From assembly GCA_965235115.1 (NCBI GenBank), contig OZ249436.1, forward strand, positions 17,300,001 through 17,364,000: a DNA stretch of 64,000 nt, given 5' to 3'. Origin of the DNA: Laetmonice hystrix (taxonomy: Eukaryota). Within the stretch, counting starts at the first letter, position 1; every line of letters begins with the position of its first letter. This document shows positions 28,598 through 40,082 of the stretch, piece after piece. The translations under genes and the position numbers were made by a program. The notes under the pieces were generated by a model, which did not search any database, was not told where the DNA came from, and worked only from the letters and a program-made list of their open reading frames with translations.

Positions 28598-29178
28598 GTT
28601 AGATCCTGGTCGTTGGTGGTCGCCTGACACTCGGCTCACCCACGATTGACTCTATCGCGTCATATCTCGGCTGTACGACGAAGGTCGCCATGCTGGGGGG
28701 TGGGGTGGGTGGGTGGGTAGGTCGGGACCACTGACCCGGATGTAAACAACAAACTCGCGCGCTGCCGCCGTGTCGAAAATGTAGAACTCCCTAGTGTCGG
28801 ACTTTACAAAGTCAGAATATCTGGGTTTCCTCCCAGGTGAAGAAGAGACTGTTTTGTCTCCACGATAGAAAATTCGAGAAGGATAGGTATGCTGAGAAAT
28901 TATATTTGAACTAGGCCTATGTGCCTGTGCGTAGGGGTCGACTATTTACTCTTGTGTTCATGTGCGACCGCTTTACACTACTTTGCACGAAAAACGGGAA
29001 AATGGCCGCTTCATACATCCGAGGCCTGCTTCGCCTCCGGATATGACCTAGAAACAGCCAATCAGAAGTAGCGTCGGTGTTCCGAGTGGGTCGCCTGAGT
29101 GTCTGGTGTCAGGTAATCCTTCCCGAGGGGCGAAGGGTTACCTGACACCAGACACTCCACCAACGACCAGGATCTAAC
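28598..29178. mobile_element. MITE-like element with 22 bp TIRs and subterminal 26 bp hairpin
   Basis: GTTAGATCCTGGTCGTTGGTGG / CCACCAACGACCAGGATCTAAC; stem-loop at 29097-29157; no clear TSD. Confidence 0.65.
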
Positions 29179-30259
29179 GCCTTTATAAACCAAATTTTAG
29201 ACGGAATAAAGCACTTGACACTATATTTACTTGTATTTTTCGCGTTTCTCGACGTGCACACCGCCATTTGGCTTCGGGTCGTCGATTGAAATCCCATAAG
29301 CCAGGCTCAGGGCAAGAGGTCTCTCCCTCGTTCATTCAATTATAAAAATTAAAATAAGGCCATTTTAAAAACTGCATGTCAGGCGTCCTCGGCAGAGTTG
29401 GTCCCGCTGTGTCTGGAACACTTTTTACTTGACTATAGCTGCTACAATTTTCATAGTTTGTCACTGATATTTAGGGTATCATGTTATCTGGTTAATAGCA
29501 TTTTGTGGCAAAAATTTTAGGCAGATAGGCCAAAAACTCTTTATGTAAAAACAAATCAAACATCACATGTCGAAAAATGCAATGCCGGAGAGCCATGTAA
29601 GTGTCACCTACCCATTTCAGTTGAAATGAAAAGGTCATCGATGTGACCCCCATCCTGTCCACTGTTCACACACAGCCCTTAGTCTCTTTTCGAATATCCC
29701 GACTGACTTCCTGACTTCTTCTAGAGTAATTCCCTCCCACCTTTCCCGAATTTTCTCCTTCAGTTCGTTCTCGGCGAATTTTTGTTTGCAACCTTTATAG
29801 GCCTAGACTTTTTCAGACAGGGAATCCCAAATGGTGTAATTCCATGGGGTTTAAGTCGGGACTGGCCACCAGTTTTTGGCAGGGGGCATTTTGTTCATCT
29901 GACGTCACGTCATTCAGACACAGTGGCAACAACCCTGCCGTAATTTGGATACACACCAAGAAAACTAGGTTATTCAACGCGACGGGACTCAGTTTTTCAG
30001 GGCAGTTTCCCGCTTTCAAAGACGTGCGGCTTCACGCTAATGACCCTGGTCCGGCATTGCAATTTCTGATACGAATGTTAAAAAATGGCCATATTTGTAG
30101 ACGTTTTGACCTATTTATCTGGAATTTGTACCACCGACCCCAAATAACCAGATGATATCATGTTCCAAATATTATTACATTACAACAAACAGGTCGAGCT
30201 GAAGCCAGAAACGGCTTATATATGCAAGATACTAAACATTTACAAGTTAACATGATATA

Positions 30260-30459
30260 AGTTGTATCGTCTCTCAGGCTGTACCACCTCCAAGTTGTAT
30301 CACCTGCCAGGTTGTATCATCTCTCAGGTTTTACATATCACCTGCCAATTTGTATGATATCTCAGGCTCTATCACCTGCCAGGTTGTATCATCTCTCAGG
30401 CTGTATCAGCTGCCAGGCTGCATCACCTGCCTGTTGTATCATCTTCCAGGTACATTGTA
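30260..30459. repeat. degenerate short tandem repeat in the guanylyl cyclase 3'UTR
   Basis: ttgtatcatctctcaggctgtatcacctgccagg variants. Confidence 0.7.
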
Positions 30460-30548
30460 TCATAAATCAGTAGAAGACTGCTGCAGGATGTACGGGTTGC
30501 CCTCGTCAGTCTCCGAATCTGTCTTTGTACCACACTTGTCCTCGGCTT
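30460..30548 (-). CDS. NIT-GC terminal exon
   Basis: strong acceptor ttctttctttccag, phase fits; [29 protein letters not shown]. Confidence 0.65.
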
Positions 30549-33500
30549 CTGGAAAGAAAGAACACTTTCTTAGAGCACAGATACATTGTACAATGTCTCC
30601 ACAATATTAGAGAATACATCAAGGTGGGCGTCCACTTTCCCATCTTCATCCGATTTCCCATCCTATAATTAAAAAAATCTATCAAAAATTGTGTTTACAA
30701 CAAATCTTTCCAGTCATAGTATGCCAGAACAATGCACATTTTCACCTATAATTCTTTTAAAAAATATTTTATCTAGAGAGAGATCAGATGAAAATCGCCC
30801 GACGCCCGCTTTTATAGATGCGGGGGGGGGGGGGGGGGGGGTGGACGGTGGGGCGTGGACAGTGGGAGTGTTGAGAGTGGGGTGTGGGGTGTTGAAAGTG
30901 AGATGTGGGGTGTGGACAGGGGGGTGTGGGGTGTTGACAGCGGGGTGTGGGCTGTTGACAGTGGGGTGCGGGGTGTGGACATTGGGGTATGGGGTGTGGA
31001 CAGTGGGTGTTGACAGTGGGGTGCGGGGTGTTGACAGTGGGGTGTGGGGTGTTGACAGTGGGGTGTGGGGTGTTTAGTGGGGTGTTGGCAGTGGGGTGTG
31101 GGGTGTTGAGAGTGCGGTGTGAGGTGTTGACTGTGGAGTGTTGAGAGTGGGGTGTGGGGTGTTGAGAGTGGGGTGCGGGATGTTGAGAATGGGGTGTGGG
31201 GTGTTGAGAGTGGGGTGTGGGGTGTTGAGAGTGGGGTGTGGGGTGTTGAGTGTTGAGTGCGGGGTGTGGACAGTGGATTGTGGGGTGTTGAGAGTGGGGT
31301 GTGGGGTGTTGACTGTGGGGTGCGGTGTGTTGACAGTGGGGTGTGGGGTGTTGACAGTGGGGTGTGGACATTGGGGTATGGGGTGTTGACAGTGGGGTGC
31401 GGTGTGTTGACAGTGGGGTGTGGACAGTGGGGTGTGGGGTGTTGACAGTGGGGTGTGGACAGTGGGGTAGGGGGTGTTGAGAGTGGAGTGTGGGGTGTGG
31501 ACAGTGGGGTGTGGACAGTGGGGTGTGGGGTGTTGACAGTGGGGTGTGGACAGTGGGGTAGGGGGTGTTGAGAGTGGAGTGTGGGGTGTGGACAGTGGGG
31601 TGTGGACAGTGGGGTGTGGACAGTGGGGTAGGGGGTGTTGACAGTGGGGTGTGGGGTGTTGACAGTGGGGTGCGGTGTGTTGACAGTGGGGTGTGGACAG
31701 TGGGGTCTGGGGTGTTGAGAGTGGAGTGTGGGGTGTGGACAGTGGGGTGTGGGGTGTTGAGAGTGGGGTGTGGACAGTGGGGTGTGGGGTGTTGACAGTG
31801 GGGTGTGGACAGTGGGGTGTGGGGTGTTGACAGTGGGGTGTGGACAGTGGGGTCTGGGGTGTTGAGAGTGGAGCGTGGGGTGTGGACAGTGGGGTGTGGA
31901 CAGTGGGGTGTGGACAGTGGGGTAGGGGGTGTTGACAGTGGGGTGTGGACAGTGGGGTAGGGGGTGTTGACAGTGGGGTTTGGGGTGTTGAGAGTGGAGT
32001 GTGGGGTGTGGACAGTGGGGTTTGGGGTGTTGAGAGTGGAGTGTGGGGTGTGGACAGTGGGGTGTGGGGTGTTGACTGCGGGGTGCGGGGTGTTCATAGA
32101 AGGGTACAAGGCTTCATACCGTACAGCATGCTTTCTCCGTAAGACTCGATCGACTCCTCCTCTAGATCATTTTCCTCCATGACGGCGCCCTTCAGTCCCA
32201 GCAACCAGTAGGTGGCGATATCAACCTGTTAAAAAGGTACAATCAACCGTCACGGTATCCATGGTGACACGGTGACCGTGAGACCGCCATGACGCCACGG
32301 TACCCCTGGTGACACGGTGACCGTGAGACCGCCATGACGCCACGGTACCCATGGTGACACGGTGACCGTGAGACCTCCATGACGTCACGGTATCCATGGT
32401 GACACGGTGACCGTGAGACCGCCATGACGTCACGGTACCCATGGTGACACGGTGACCGTGAGACCTCCATGACGTCACGGTATCCATGGTGACCGTGAGA
32501 CCTCCATGACGCCACGGTACCCATGGTGACACGGTGACCGTGAGACCTCCATGACGTCACGGTATCCATGGTGACCGTGAGACCTCCATGACGCCACGGT
32601 ATCCATGGTGACACGGTGACCGTGAGACCTCCATGACGCCACGGTATCCATGGTGACACGGTGACCGTGAGACCGCCATGACGTCACGGTACCCATGGTG
32701 ACACGGTGACCGTGAGACCGCCATGACGCCACGGTACCCATAGTGACACGGTGACCGTGAGACCTCCATGACGTCACGGTACCCCTGGTGACACGGTGAC
32801 CGTGAGACCGCCATGACGCCACGGTACCCATGGTGACACGTTGACCGTGAGACCGCCATGACGTCACGGTACCCATGGTGACACGGTGACCGTGAGACCG
32901 CCATGACGTCACGGTACCCATGGTGACACGGTGACCGTGAGACCGCCATGACGTCACGGTACCCATGGTGACACGGTGACCGTGAGACCGCCATGACGTC
33001 CGTATGAACCAGATCGAGGTTCCTAGATCTTGACCTCTAAAGTAGACATAATGCAGTATAATTGCCAGGCAGGCCTCTTGAAGCGTAACGACTGTAAAAG
33101 GACACCGACCTTCATATTTGGTTTGTCGGCCGTCCTCTGCAGCATTTCGAAGCCACCCAGTTCACTCAGCAAACCATACGTAGTTTCACTTATGTGTATC
33201 CGGTTAGCTGTAAGAGGGAGGCAAGTTAATGACGTCAGTCAAATATTCTGTTCAGGCTATTAGAAGCGATTTTTTCTAGAATTATGGAATTTCCAGGTAT
33301 ATCTTTGTTATCTCTAAATCTGGGCCCTTTAAATCAACTGGTTACCATCCAGCGTCTACGTCAGTGGACACATGGACGTGGTTACAGCGTCTACGTCAGT
33401 GGACACATGGACGTGGTTACAGCGTCTACGTCAGTGGACACATGGACGTGGTTACAGCGTCTACGTCAGCAGACTACATGGACCCGGTTATACAAGCACT

Positions 33501-36500
33501 TAGTAAGCACCGTTTTACATTCTTTGACTTCCGGAAGTGTATCTTACCGCGTCCGCTTGATTCCATCATGGAGGCGATGTTAACCGTCTTACCAAACAGG
33601 CAGTACCTGGGCATCTTGGTTCCCACCACGCCGGCAACAACTGCCCCTACAAAACAAACACAGGGCGGCTTGAACACAGGGTACCTGGGCATCTTAAATG
33701 TCCTTTGGGTTTATAGTCCTTTGAGATATGAAAATATGTGAAAATATGTATGATTCTGGCATATTATGACTGGAAAGATTTTTTGGAAACACAATTTAGA
33801 TTAAAAAAAATATATCGGATAAGAAATCGAATGAAGATCGGGACAGTGTAAGCCCACGTTTGGAAAAACCAGGCTCGGCCATGCCCCGCCCCCCTTCCAA
33901 GAGATCCCTCGGGAATCCCCCGGTTATTTCCGCTCAAAAGTAACCTCGGGGGAATTCAGCGGCATCTTGGGCATTGCATCATGTGTACATTGAGCCAGGA
34001 CTATGATCATGCGAGGGTGATTGGGGTATTTGGTCTGCATCAGGCATGGTAGCAACTGAAATATGGGGTATTTGGTCTGCATCAGGCATGGTAGCAACTG
34101 AAATATGGGGTATTTGGTCTGCATCAGGCATGGTAGCAACTGAAATATAGGTCTAGTGGAGGTTTACCGGAGTGACAGCCGATGCGGAGCCGGAAGTTGG
34201 TGTCCGGAAGGTGCTCAATCTTGATAGTTCCGATAATGGTCATCAGGTCGATTGACATCATGGCGATCTCTGCTGCGTGGCGCTTCCCGTTCCGATGTGG
34301 CAACCCTTGAATTGTCGTTAGGTAGATAATTGAGAAGGTCGACAAGTTCAAAACACAACCTAATGTAACAATAATATAGAAAACTTTATAACTTTTTGAT
34401 ATTTTTACTAAGGAATAATCAATATCCTCGTTTCATGTCCAAACCTGACACTCTGCGCAGGCATACCTCCGACTTTCACGTTCATAATACAAACCTGTTA
34501 AAGCAGAGGTAAAATACCTAACAGAATAATAATACCCGTATGAAATCTATGAAATCATCGACATCCGATCGAGCTATAGTTACAGCTCCACCCTGTGTTG
34601 GGTCTCGTGCTCCGATCATCTTCACAGCGCGAAGATGTCGACATTAGGGGAAAACACGATCGTCTTTTTCAATAGGAGGTGATTTCTTCTGCCGTTTTCA
34701 GTATGTAAACAACATCAAATGAGGTAACTAGTGATGCCGTTGACTATGGACTCTAAGTATCACACAAGTATATTTTTAGAATGTCTGTCTGAAACCTTGA
34801 TCAATTTTTACCTCCACTTTAATGAGCGCTAGGGAATAGGGTTGAAGCAGCAGTACTATGCACCAACAGGTATCAAGGGTTCGTGAAACACCCAGGGTTC
34901 GTGCCCAGCCAGTCGGGTCACTGGGCAGAGAGGCTGGGCAACCCACAAGGAGCTGCTTGTGGCGGCGGTTGAACCCCCACTTGGTCAGCGACTCCCCCCA
35001 ACCCTTCCCACCCACACCACACCTCAACCATACCCCGCCCCCCGGTTTACAGGAGGTCATGCGACCGTACCTGAGGCGACCATGTAGGCGTCACCGATAG
35101 TCTCCACCTTGTAGATGTCGTATTTCTGGATCCTCTTGTCGAACACGGTGTAGAGACCACCAAGCATGGCGACAACTTGAAGCGGAGAGCTTCGAGCCGA
35201 CAGCGACGTGAACCCAACAACGTCCGAGAAAAACAGGGTCGCCTGGAACGGGGCAAATATATCAGTGACACGGGACGGGTACCCTCGAGTGTGAGAAGAT
35301 ATCAGTGACACGGGACGGGTCCCCTGGAGTGGAGGAGAGATATCAGTGACACGGGACGGGTCCCCTGGAGTGTGGGAAGATATCAGTGACACGGGACGGG
35401 TCCCCTGGAGTGGAGGGGAGATATCAGTGACACGGGACGGGTCCCCTGGAGTGGAGGAGATATCAGTGACACGGGACGGGTCCCCTGGAGTGGGGAAAAT
35501 ATCAGTGACACGGGACGGGTCCCCTGGAGTGGAGGAGATATCAGTGACACGGGACGGGTCCCCTGGAGTGTGAGAAGATATCAGTGACACGGGACGGGTC
35601 CCTGGAGTGGGGAAAATATCAGTGACACGGGACGGGTACCCTGGAGTGGAGGAGAGATATCAGTGACACGGGACGGGTCCCCTGGAGTGTGAGAAGATAT
35701 CAGTGACACGGGACGGGTCCCCTGGAGTGTGAGAAGATATCAGTGACACGGGACGGGTACCCTGGAGTGGAGGAGATATCAGTGACACGGGAGGGGTCCC
35801 CTGGAGTGTGAGAAGATATCAGTGACACGGGACGGGTCCCCTGGAGTGTGAGAAGATATCAGTGACACGGGACGGGTCCCCTGGAGTGGAGGAGAGATAT
35901 CAGTGACACGGGACGGGTCCCCTGGAGTGGAGGAGAGATATCAGTGACACGGGACGGGTCCCTGGAGTGTGAGAAGATATCAGTGACACGGGACGGGTCC
36001 CCTGGAGTGTGAGAAGATATCAGTGACACGGGACGGGTACCCTCGAGTGTGAGAAGATATCAGTGACACGGGACGGGTCCCCTGGAGTGTGAGAAGATAT
36101 CAGTGACACGGGACGGGTACCCTGGAGTGGAGGAGATATCAGTGACACGGGACGGGTCCCCTGGAGTGGAGGAGAGATATCAGTGACACGGGACGGGTAC
36201 CCTGGAGTGTGAGAAGATATCAGTGACACGGGACGGGTCCCCTGGAGTGTGAGAAGATATCAGTGACACGGGACGGGTCCCCTGGAGTGTGAGAAGATAT
36301 CAGTGACACGGGACGGGTCCCCTGGAGTGGAGGAGATATCAGTGACACGGGACGGGTCCCCTGGAGTGTGAGAAGATATCAGTGACACGGGACGGGTCCC
36401 CTGGAGTGGAGGAGAGATATCAGTGACACGGGACGGGTCCCTGGAGTGTGAGAAGATATCAGTGACACGGGACGGGTACCCTGGAGTGGAGGAGATATCA

Positions 36501-39500
36501 GTGACACGGGACGGGTACCCTGGAGTGGAGGAGAGATATCAGTAATACGGGACGGGTCCCCTGGAGTGGAGGAGAGATCAGTAACATGGGACGGGTACCC
36601 TGGAGTGGAGGAGAGATATCAGTAACACGGGACGGGTCCCCTCGAGTGGAGGAGAGATATCAGTAACATGGGACGGGTACCCTGGAGTGGAGGAGAGATC
36701 AGTAACATGGGACGGGTACCCTGGAGTGGAGGAGAGATATCAGTAACACGGGACGGGTCCCCTCGAGTGGAGGAGATATCAGTGACACGGGACGGTCCCT
36801 GGAGTGGGAAAGATATCAGTGACACGGGACGGGTACCCTGGAGTGGAGGAGATATCAGTGACACGGGACGGGTCCCCTGGAGTGGAGGAGAGATATCAGT
36901 AACACGGGACGGGTCCCCTGGAGTGGAGGGGAGTGTGACACGGGACGGGTCCCCTGGAGTGGAGGGGAGATATCAGTGACACGGGACGGGTCCCCTGGAG
37001 TGTGAGAAGATATTAGTGACACGGGACGGGTACCCTGGAGTGGAGGGGAGATATCAGTGACACGGGACGGGTCCCCTGGAGTGTGAGAAGATATCAGTGA
37101 CACGGGACGGGTCCCCTGGAGTGGAGGAGATATCAGTGACACGGGACGGGTACCCTGGAGTGTGAGAAGATATCAGTGACACGGGACGGGTCCCCTGGAG
37201 TGTGAGAAGATATCAGTGACACGGGACGGGTCCCCTGGAGTGTGGGAAGATATCAGTGACACGGGACGGGTCCCCTGGAGTGTGGGAAGATATCAGTGAC
37301 ACGGGACGGGTCCCCTGGAGTGTGGGAAGATATCAGTGACACGGGACGGGTCCCCTGGAGTGTGAGAAGATATCAGTGACACGGGACGGGTCCCCTGGAG
37401 TGTGGGAAGATATCAGTAACACGGGACGGGTCCCCTGGAGTGGAGGAGAGATATCAGTAACACGGGACGGGTCCCCTGGAGTGGAGGAGAGATATCAGTA
37501 ACACGGGACGGGTCCCCTGGAGTGGAGGAGAGATATCAGTGACACGGGACGGGTACCCTGGATTGCAGGAGATATCAGTGAAATGGGACGGGTACCCTGG
37601 ACTGGGACAGAGATATTAGCGACACAGGATAGCGCCCCTGCAGTGGGCGAGATACCAGTGACACCGGACAACGTTATACACAGATAAGGAATCATTGCAC
37701 CCCAAGCAGGCCTTTAGGGGTGGGGTAGGTACTTTGGTTACTTACAAACACAGCTAACGACGAGACGTCCCCAGGACGTGACGTCATTATGACGTACCTG
37801 ATCGTAGTTCTCCGCTTCCACCGATTGGTTGCACCGCAGTCGGAGCGCCACCGTCTTGGGCAGAAGTTTGTACACCAGCGTATCTGTACGCTTCTTCTCC
37901 TTGTTTAACTCCTTCGTCCTTCAACAAACATTTTACACACGTTTGGAGAAAAGGGTACCAACCCAGGTGACAAAAAAGGAACCAACAAGGTAAATACCCC
38001 GTATATCTAGAGCAATATATCTAGAGCAATTATGTCAGCGTTTTTAAGCTATTGCCTCTGGAACATTTCTCTGTTCTGGAACAGTTCTCTGTTCTGGAAT
38101 ATTTCTCTGTTCAGAAATTCAATCTACCATATTCTAGGGTTAACGGTTCAGGGGAAAATGCTGGTCGGGGAGAACAATACCCCCCCAGGTTTATCAGATG
38201 AGGGATCCATACCCCTGTAACCCTTGCCCCTGTTACCTTTGGGCGAGGATACCAGAGTATCGCTGGATGTCCGAGGTAAGCACCAACACGGCATTGATAA
38301 TGACCGGGCAGATGAGGATGATAAAACCGAACAAGGCACCAATCAAAGCCGTCGTCTCAAGTTCATTTTTTCGGTTCTTCTCCACCGTCGTTAGAATGCG
38401 TTCCTCCAATAGGTTCTGCTGCAACACGGAGAAACTTTTGACCCGAGCGAAATCTGCGAACCAAGTATCGAAATCGAAGACCCGAATAGCAACATCTGAC
38501 CCAAGGAGCAAACTCTGTTACCCGAGTAGCGAAATTTGTGACCCGAGGATCGAAATCTTCCAGCCGAGAATGTTTGTACACTTCGGCCACAGGTAGTTCT
38601 CTGTGCATTAGAGTCTACGTTTGACCCCCCCCCCCATCCATACCTGATCCCGGCCTCCGGCCTGAATGATATGTTTGTTAATTCCCCAGTTTTCCCAGGC
38701 TACTCACCTGGATATCGAGCAGGGCGTCCATGAGCCAAGTCACGTTTTCATACCACATGGTGCTTTTCGACAAAGATGGCTGGAAGCGGCCGATGCCGTG
38801 CTTTCGTATCTTTTCACGCCATAGTTTGATGTCGTTATATTCAGGCCTTCCCGCCAGCGTCAAGTTGAAAACAGAATACAGCTCGTCCGAGTATTTAAAT
38901 GCATCTTCCAGTGTTGATCTGGCCACGTCCTGGTCCTCGGTGAAGGTGAGAAAATCGTCGCGGCTCTCAAAGCCCCCTTTAGCGTAGAATACAGCGCCAC
39001 GAACGCGCTCCAAGCCGAGCGACTCGCGACTCGAGATGATATGTTGGAGTGCGACGATCTTCTTCCACACGCTACCCGTCTGGATCTCCGTTATCGACTC
39101 GTAGAAGAACTCCACCAACTGATCGATGATTTGCGAGTAGAAAAGCAGCTCTTTGCCGACACTTGGCGGGCTGAGGTCGATGTTATACCGATGGAGGTTG
39201 ACCACGGCCTGTATACCGCCGGCGGTTGTCAGCACTCGCCGGATCGGGGTCTTCATCACAATCCGGGGCAGGGTAGGCACGGAGAACAGGGCATCGTCTG
39301 TCTTGGGGTACACTTTCAGCAGGAACGTCTTCGTCTCGGGGCTGATGGATGATACATAGAGGGCGCTCATGTCGCGCTCCCGCTGGAGGTGGCTCATGAA
39401 TAGTGACAAGTCGACGGAGTTGCGGATCGTTTCGCGGATTCCGCCCGACCTGTAGATCTCATGCAGGCGTAGCCCGAATATGGTACCACCTAGCGCGAGG

Positions 39501-40082
39501 AGTCCGAGTATCGGCACCAGGAATATACCCAGCATCCGAATCAACTGGAGATGTTTTCCACGCCTCGTCAGTGGGTTCCCTGCATCAAGGACGGTCAGGC
39601 GTAACTATGGCGACACGTAAACAGTTGGCGGAAAGACACGGGGGTTAATGAAAAGGGTGGGGGATCGAAATGAGCTTTTAAATCGGAAGTTAAATACCGC
39701 GCTAAGGAGTTTCTGGGGGGGGGGGGGGGCGGATTCACTAATTGAAATTACGTCTCTTCATATTGGACCGGAGAATCAGTACATCTATAATCAGTATGCC
39801 TAATCAGAATCAGTTGAAGACCAAGAGAGTCCGTAACAAACAAATAGGGGCCTATAGCAAGATAGAAAGGACCAACCGACCTTTGCAGTATTTGTCGAGG
39901 CAGAAAGTACCATCGAAGTTATGTTTGGCGAAAATTTCGATGAGGGCTGAGTCCAGTTCCAAGGACGTCGTGGAGTTGGAGTGGAGACTGTCGGACGAGT
40001 GGTTGACATGTTCTGTACCAGGCCCGAAAGAGGGAGCCACTATAGTTTTCTGACCATGCGCCATCTTTCTCAAGAACCACAT
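30460..40082 (-). CDS. NIT-domain transmembrane guanylyl cyclase (NIT-GC), ~682 aa, 10 coding exons
   Basis: Ten exons totalling 2049 nt splice in frame to TGA at 30460. Domains in order: TM1 ([22 protein letters not shown]), NIT motifs [13 protein letters not shown] and [13 protein letters not shown]2 ([21 protein letters not shown]), S-helix [18 protein letters not shown], cyclase [46 protein letters not shown]. Confidence 0.9.
30841..32095. repeat. G-rich compound minisatellite
   Basis: gtggggtgtggacagtggggtgtggggtgttga(c/g)a variants. Confidence 0.95.
32120..32225 (-). CDS. NIT-GC exon 9
   Basis: [35 protein letters not shown]. Confidence 0.8.
32248..33000. repeat. minisatellite, 45 bp unit containing TGACGTCA
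   Basis: ccatgacg(t/c)cacggtacccatggtgacacggtgaccgtgagacc(g/t). Confidence 0.95.
33110..33207 (-). CDS. NIT-GC exon 8
   Basis: [33 protein letters not shown]. Confidence 0.88.
33350..33480. repeat. 35 bp tandem repeat, ~3.5 copies
   Basis: cagcgtctacgtcagtggacacatggacgtggtta. Confidence 0.9.
33548..33646 (-). CDS. NIT-GC exon 7
   Basis: [33 protein letters not shown]. Confidence 0.95.
34023..34148. repeat. 42 bp tandem repeat, 3 copies
   Basis: ggggtatttggtctgcatcaggcatggtagcaactgaaatat. Confidence 0.92.
34168..34305 (-). CDS. NIT-GC exon 6
   Basis: [21 protein letters not shown]...RLRIGCHS. Confidence 0.93.
35071..35242 (-). CDS. NIT-GC exon 5: cyclase
   Basis: [12 protein letters not shown]...[14 protein letters not shown]. 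Confidence 0.95.
35258..37600. repeat. 2.3 kb minisatellite, ~40 bp unit
   Basis: gatatcagtgacacgggacgggtcccctggagtg(tgagaa/gaggaga). Confidence 0.97.
37798..37918 (-). CDS. NIT-GC exon 4: signalling helix
   Basis: [40 protein letters not shown]. Confidence 0.92.
38237..38418 (-). CDS. NIT-GC exon 3: TM2
   Basis: QNLLEERIL...[17 protein letters not shown] acceptor. Confidence 0.88.
38708..39579 (-). CDS. NIT-GC exon 2: TM1 + NIT domain
   Basis: [18 protein letters not shown]...[16 protein letters not shown]; tgcag| ... |gtgagt. Confidence 0.9.
39911..40082 (-). CDS. NIT-GC coding exon 1 (acceptor at 40110; start codon uncertain)
   Basis: [10 protein letters not shown]...FAKHNFD; weak donor G|GTACTT, phase 1 fits the next exon. 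Confidence 0.55.

Noticed and set aside
30784..32109. 441 aa Pro/His/Thr-rich ORF on the minus strand
   Set aside because: It is a low-complexity G-rich repeat within the last NIT-GC intron and is not in frame with exon 9.
32221..37695. Numerous repetitive ORFs ([10 protein letters not shown]..., [11 protein letters not shown]...)
   Set aside because: These are translations of intronic 45 bp and 40 bp minisatellites.
38678..39544. NIT ORF as a recent bacterial horizontal transfer or contaminant
   Set aside because: It is bounded by canonical splice sites and joins in phase to metazoan-type cyclase exons; NIT-GCs are an established animal family.
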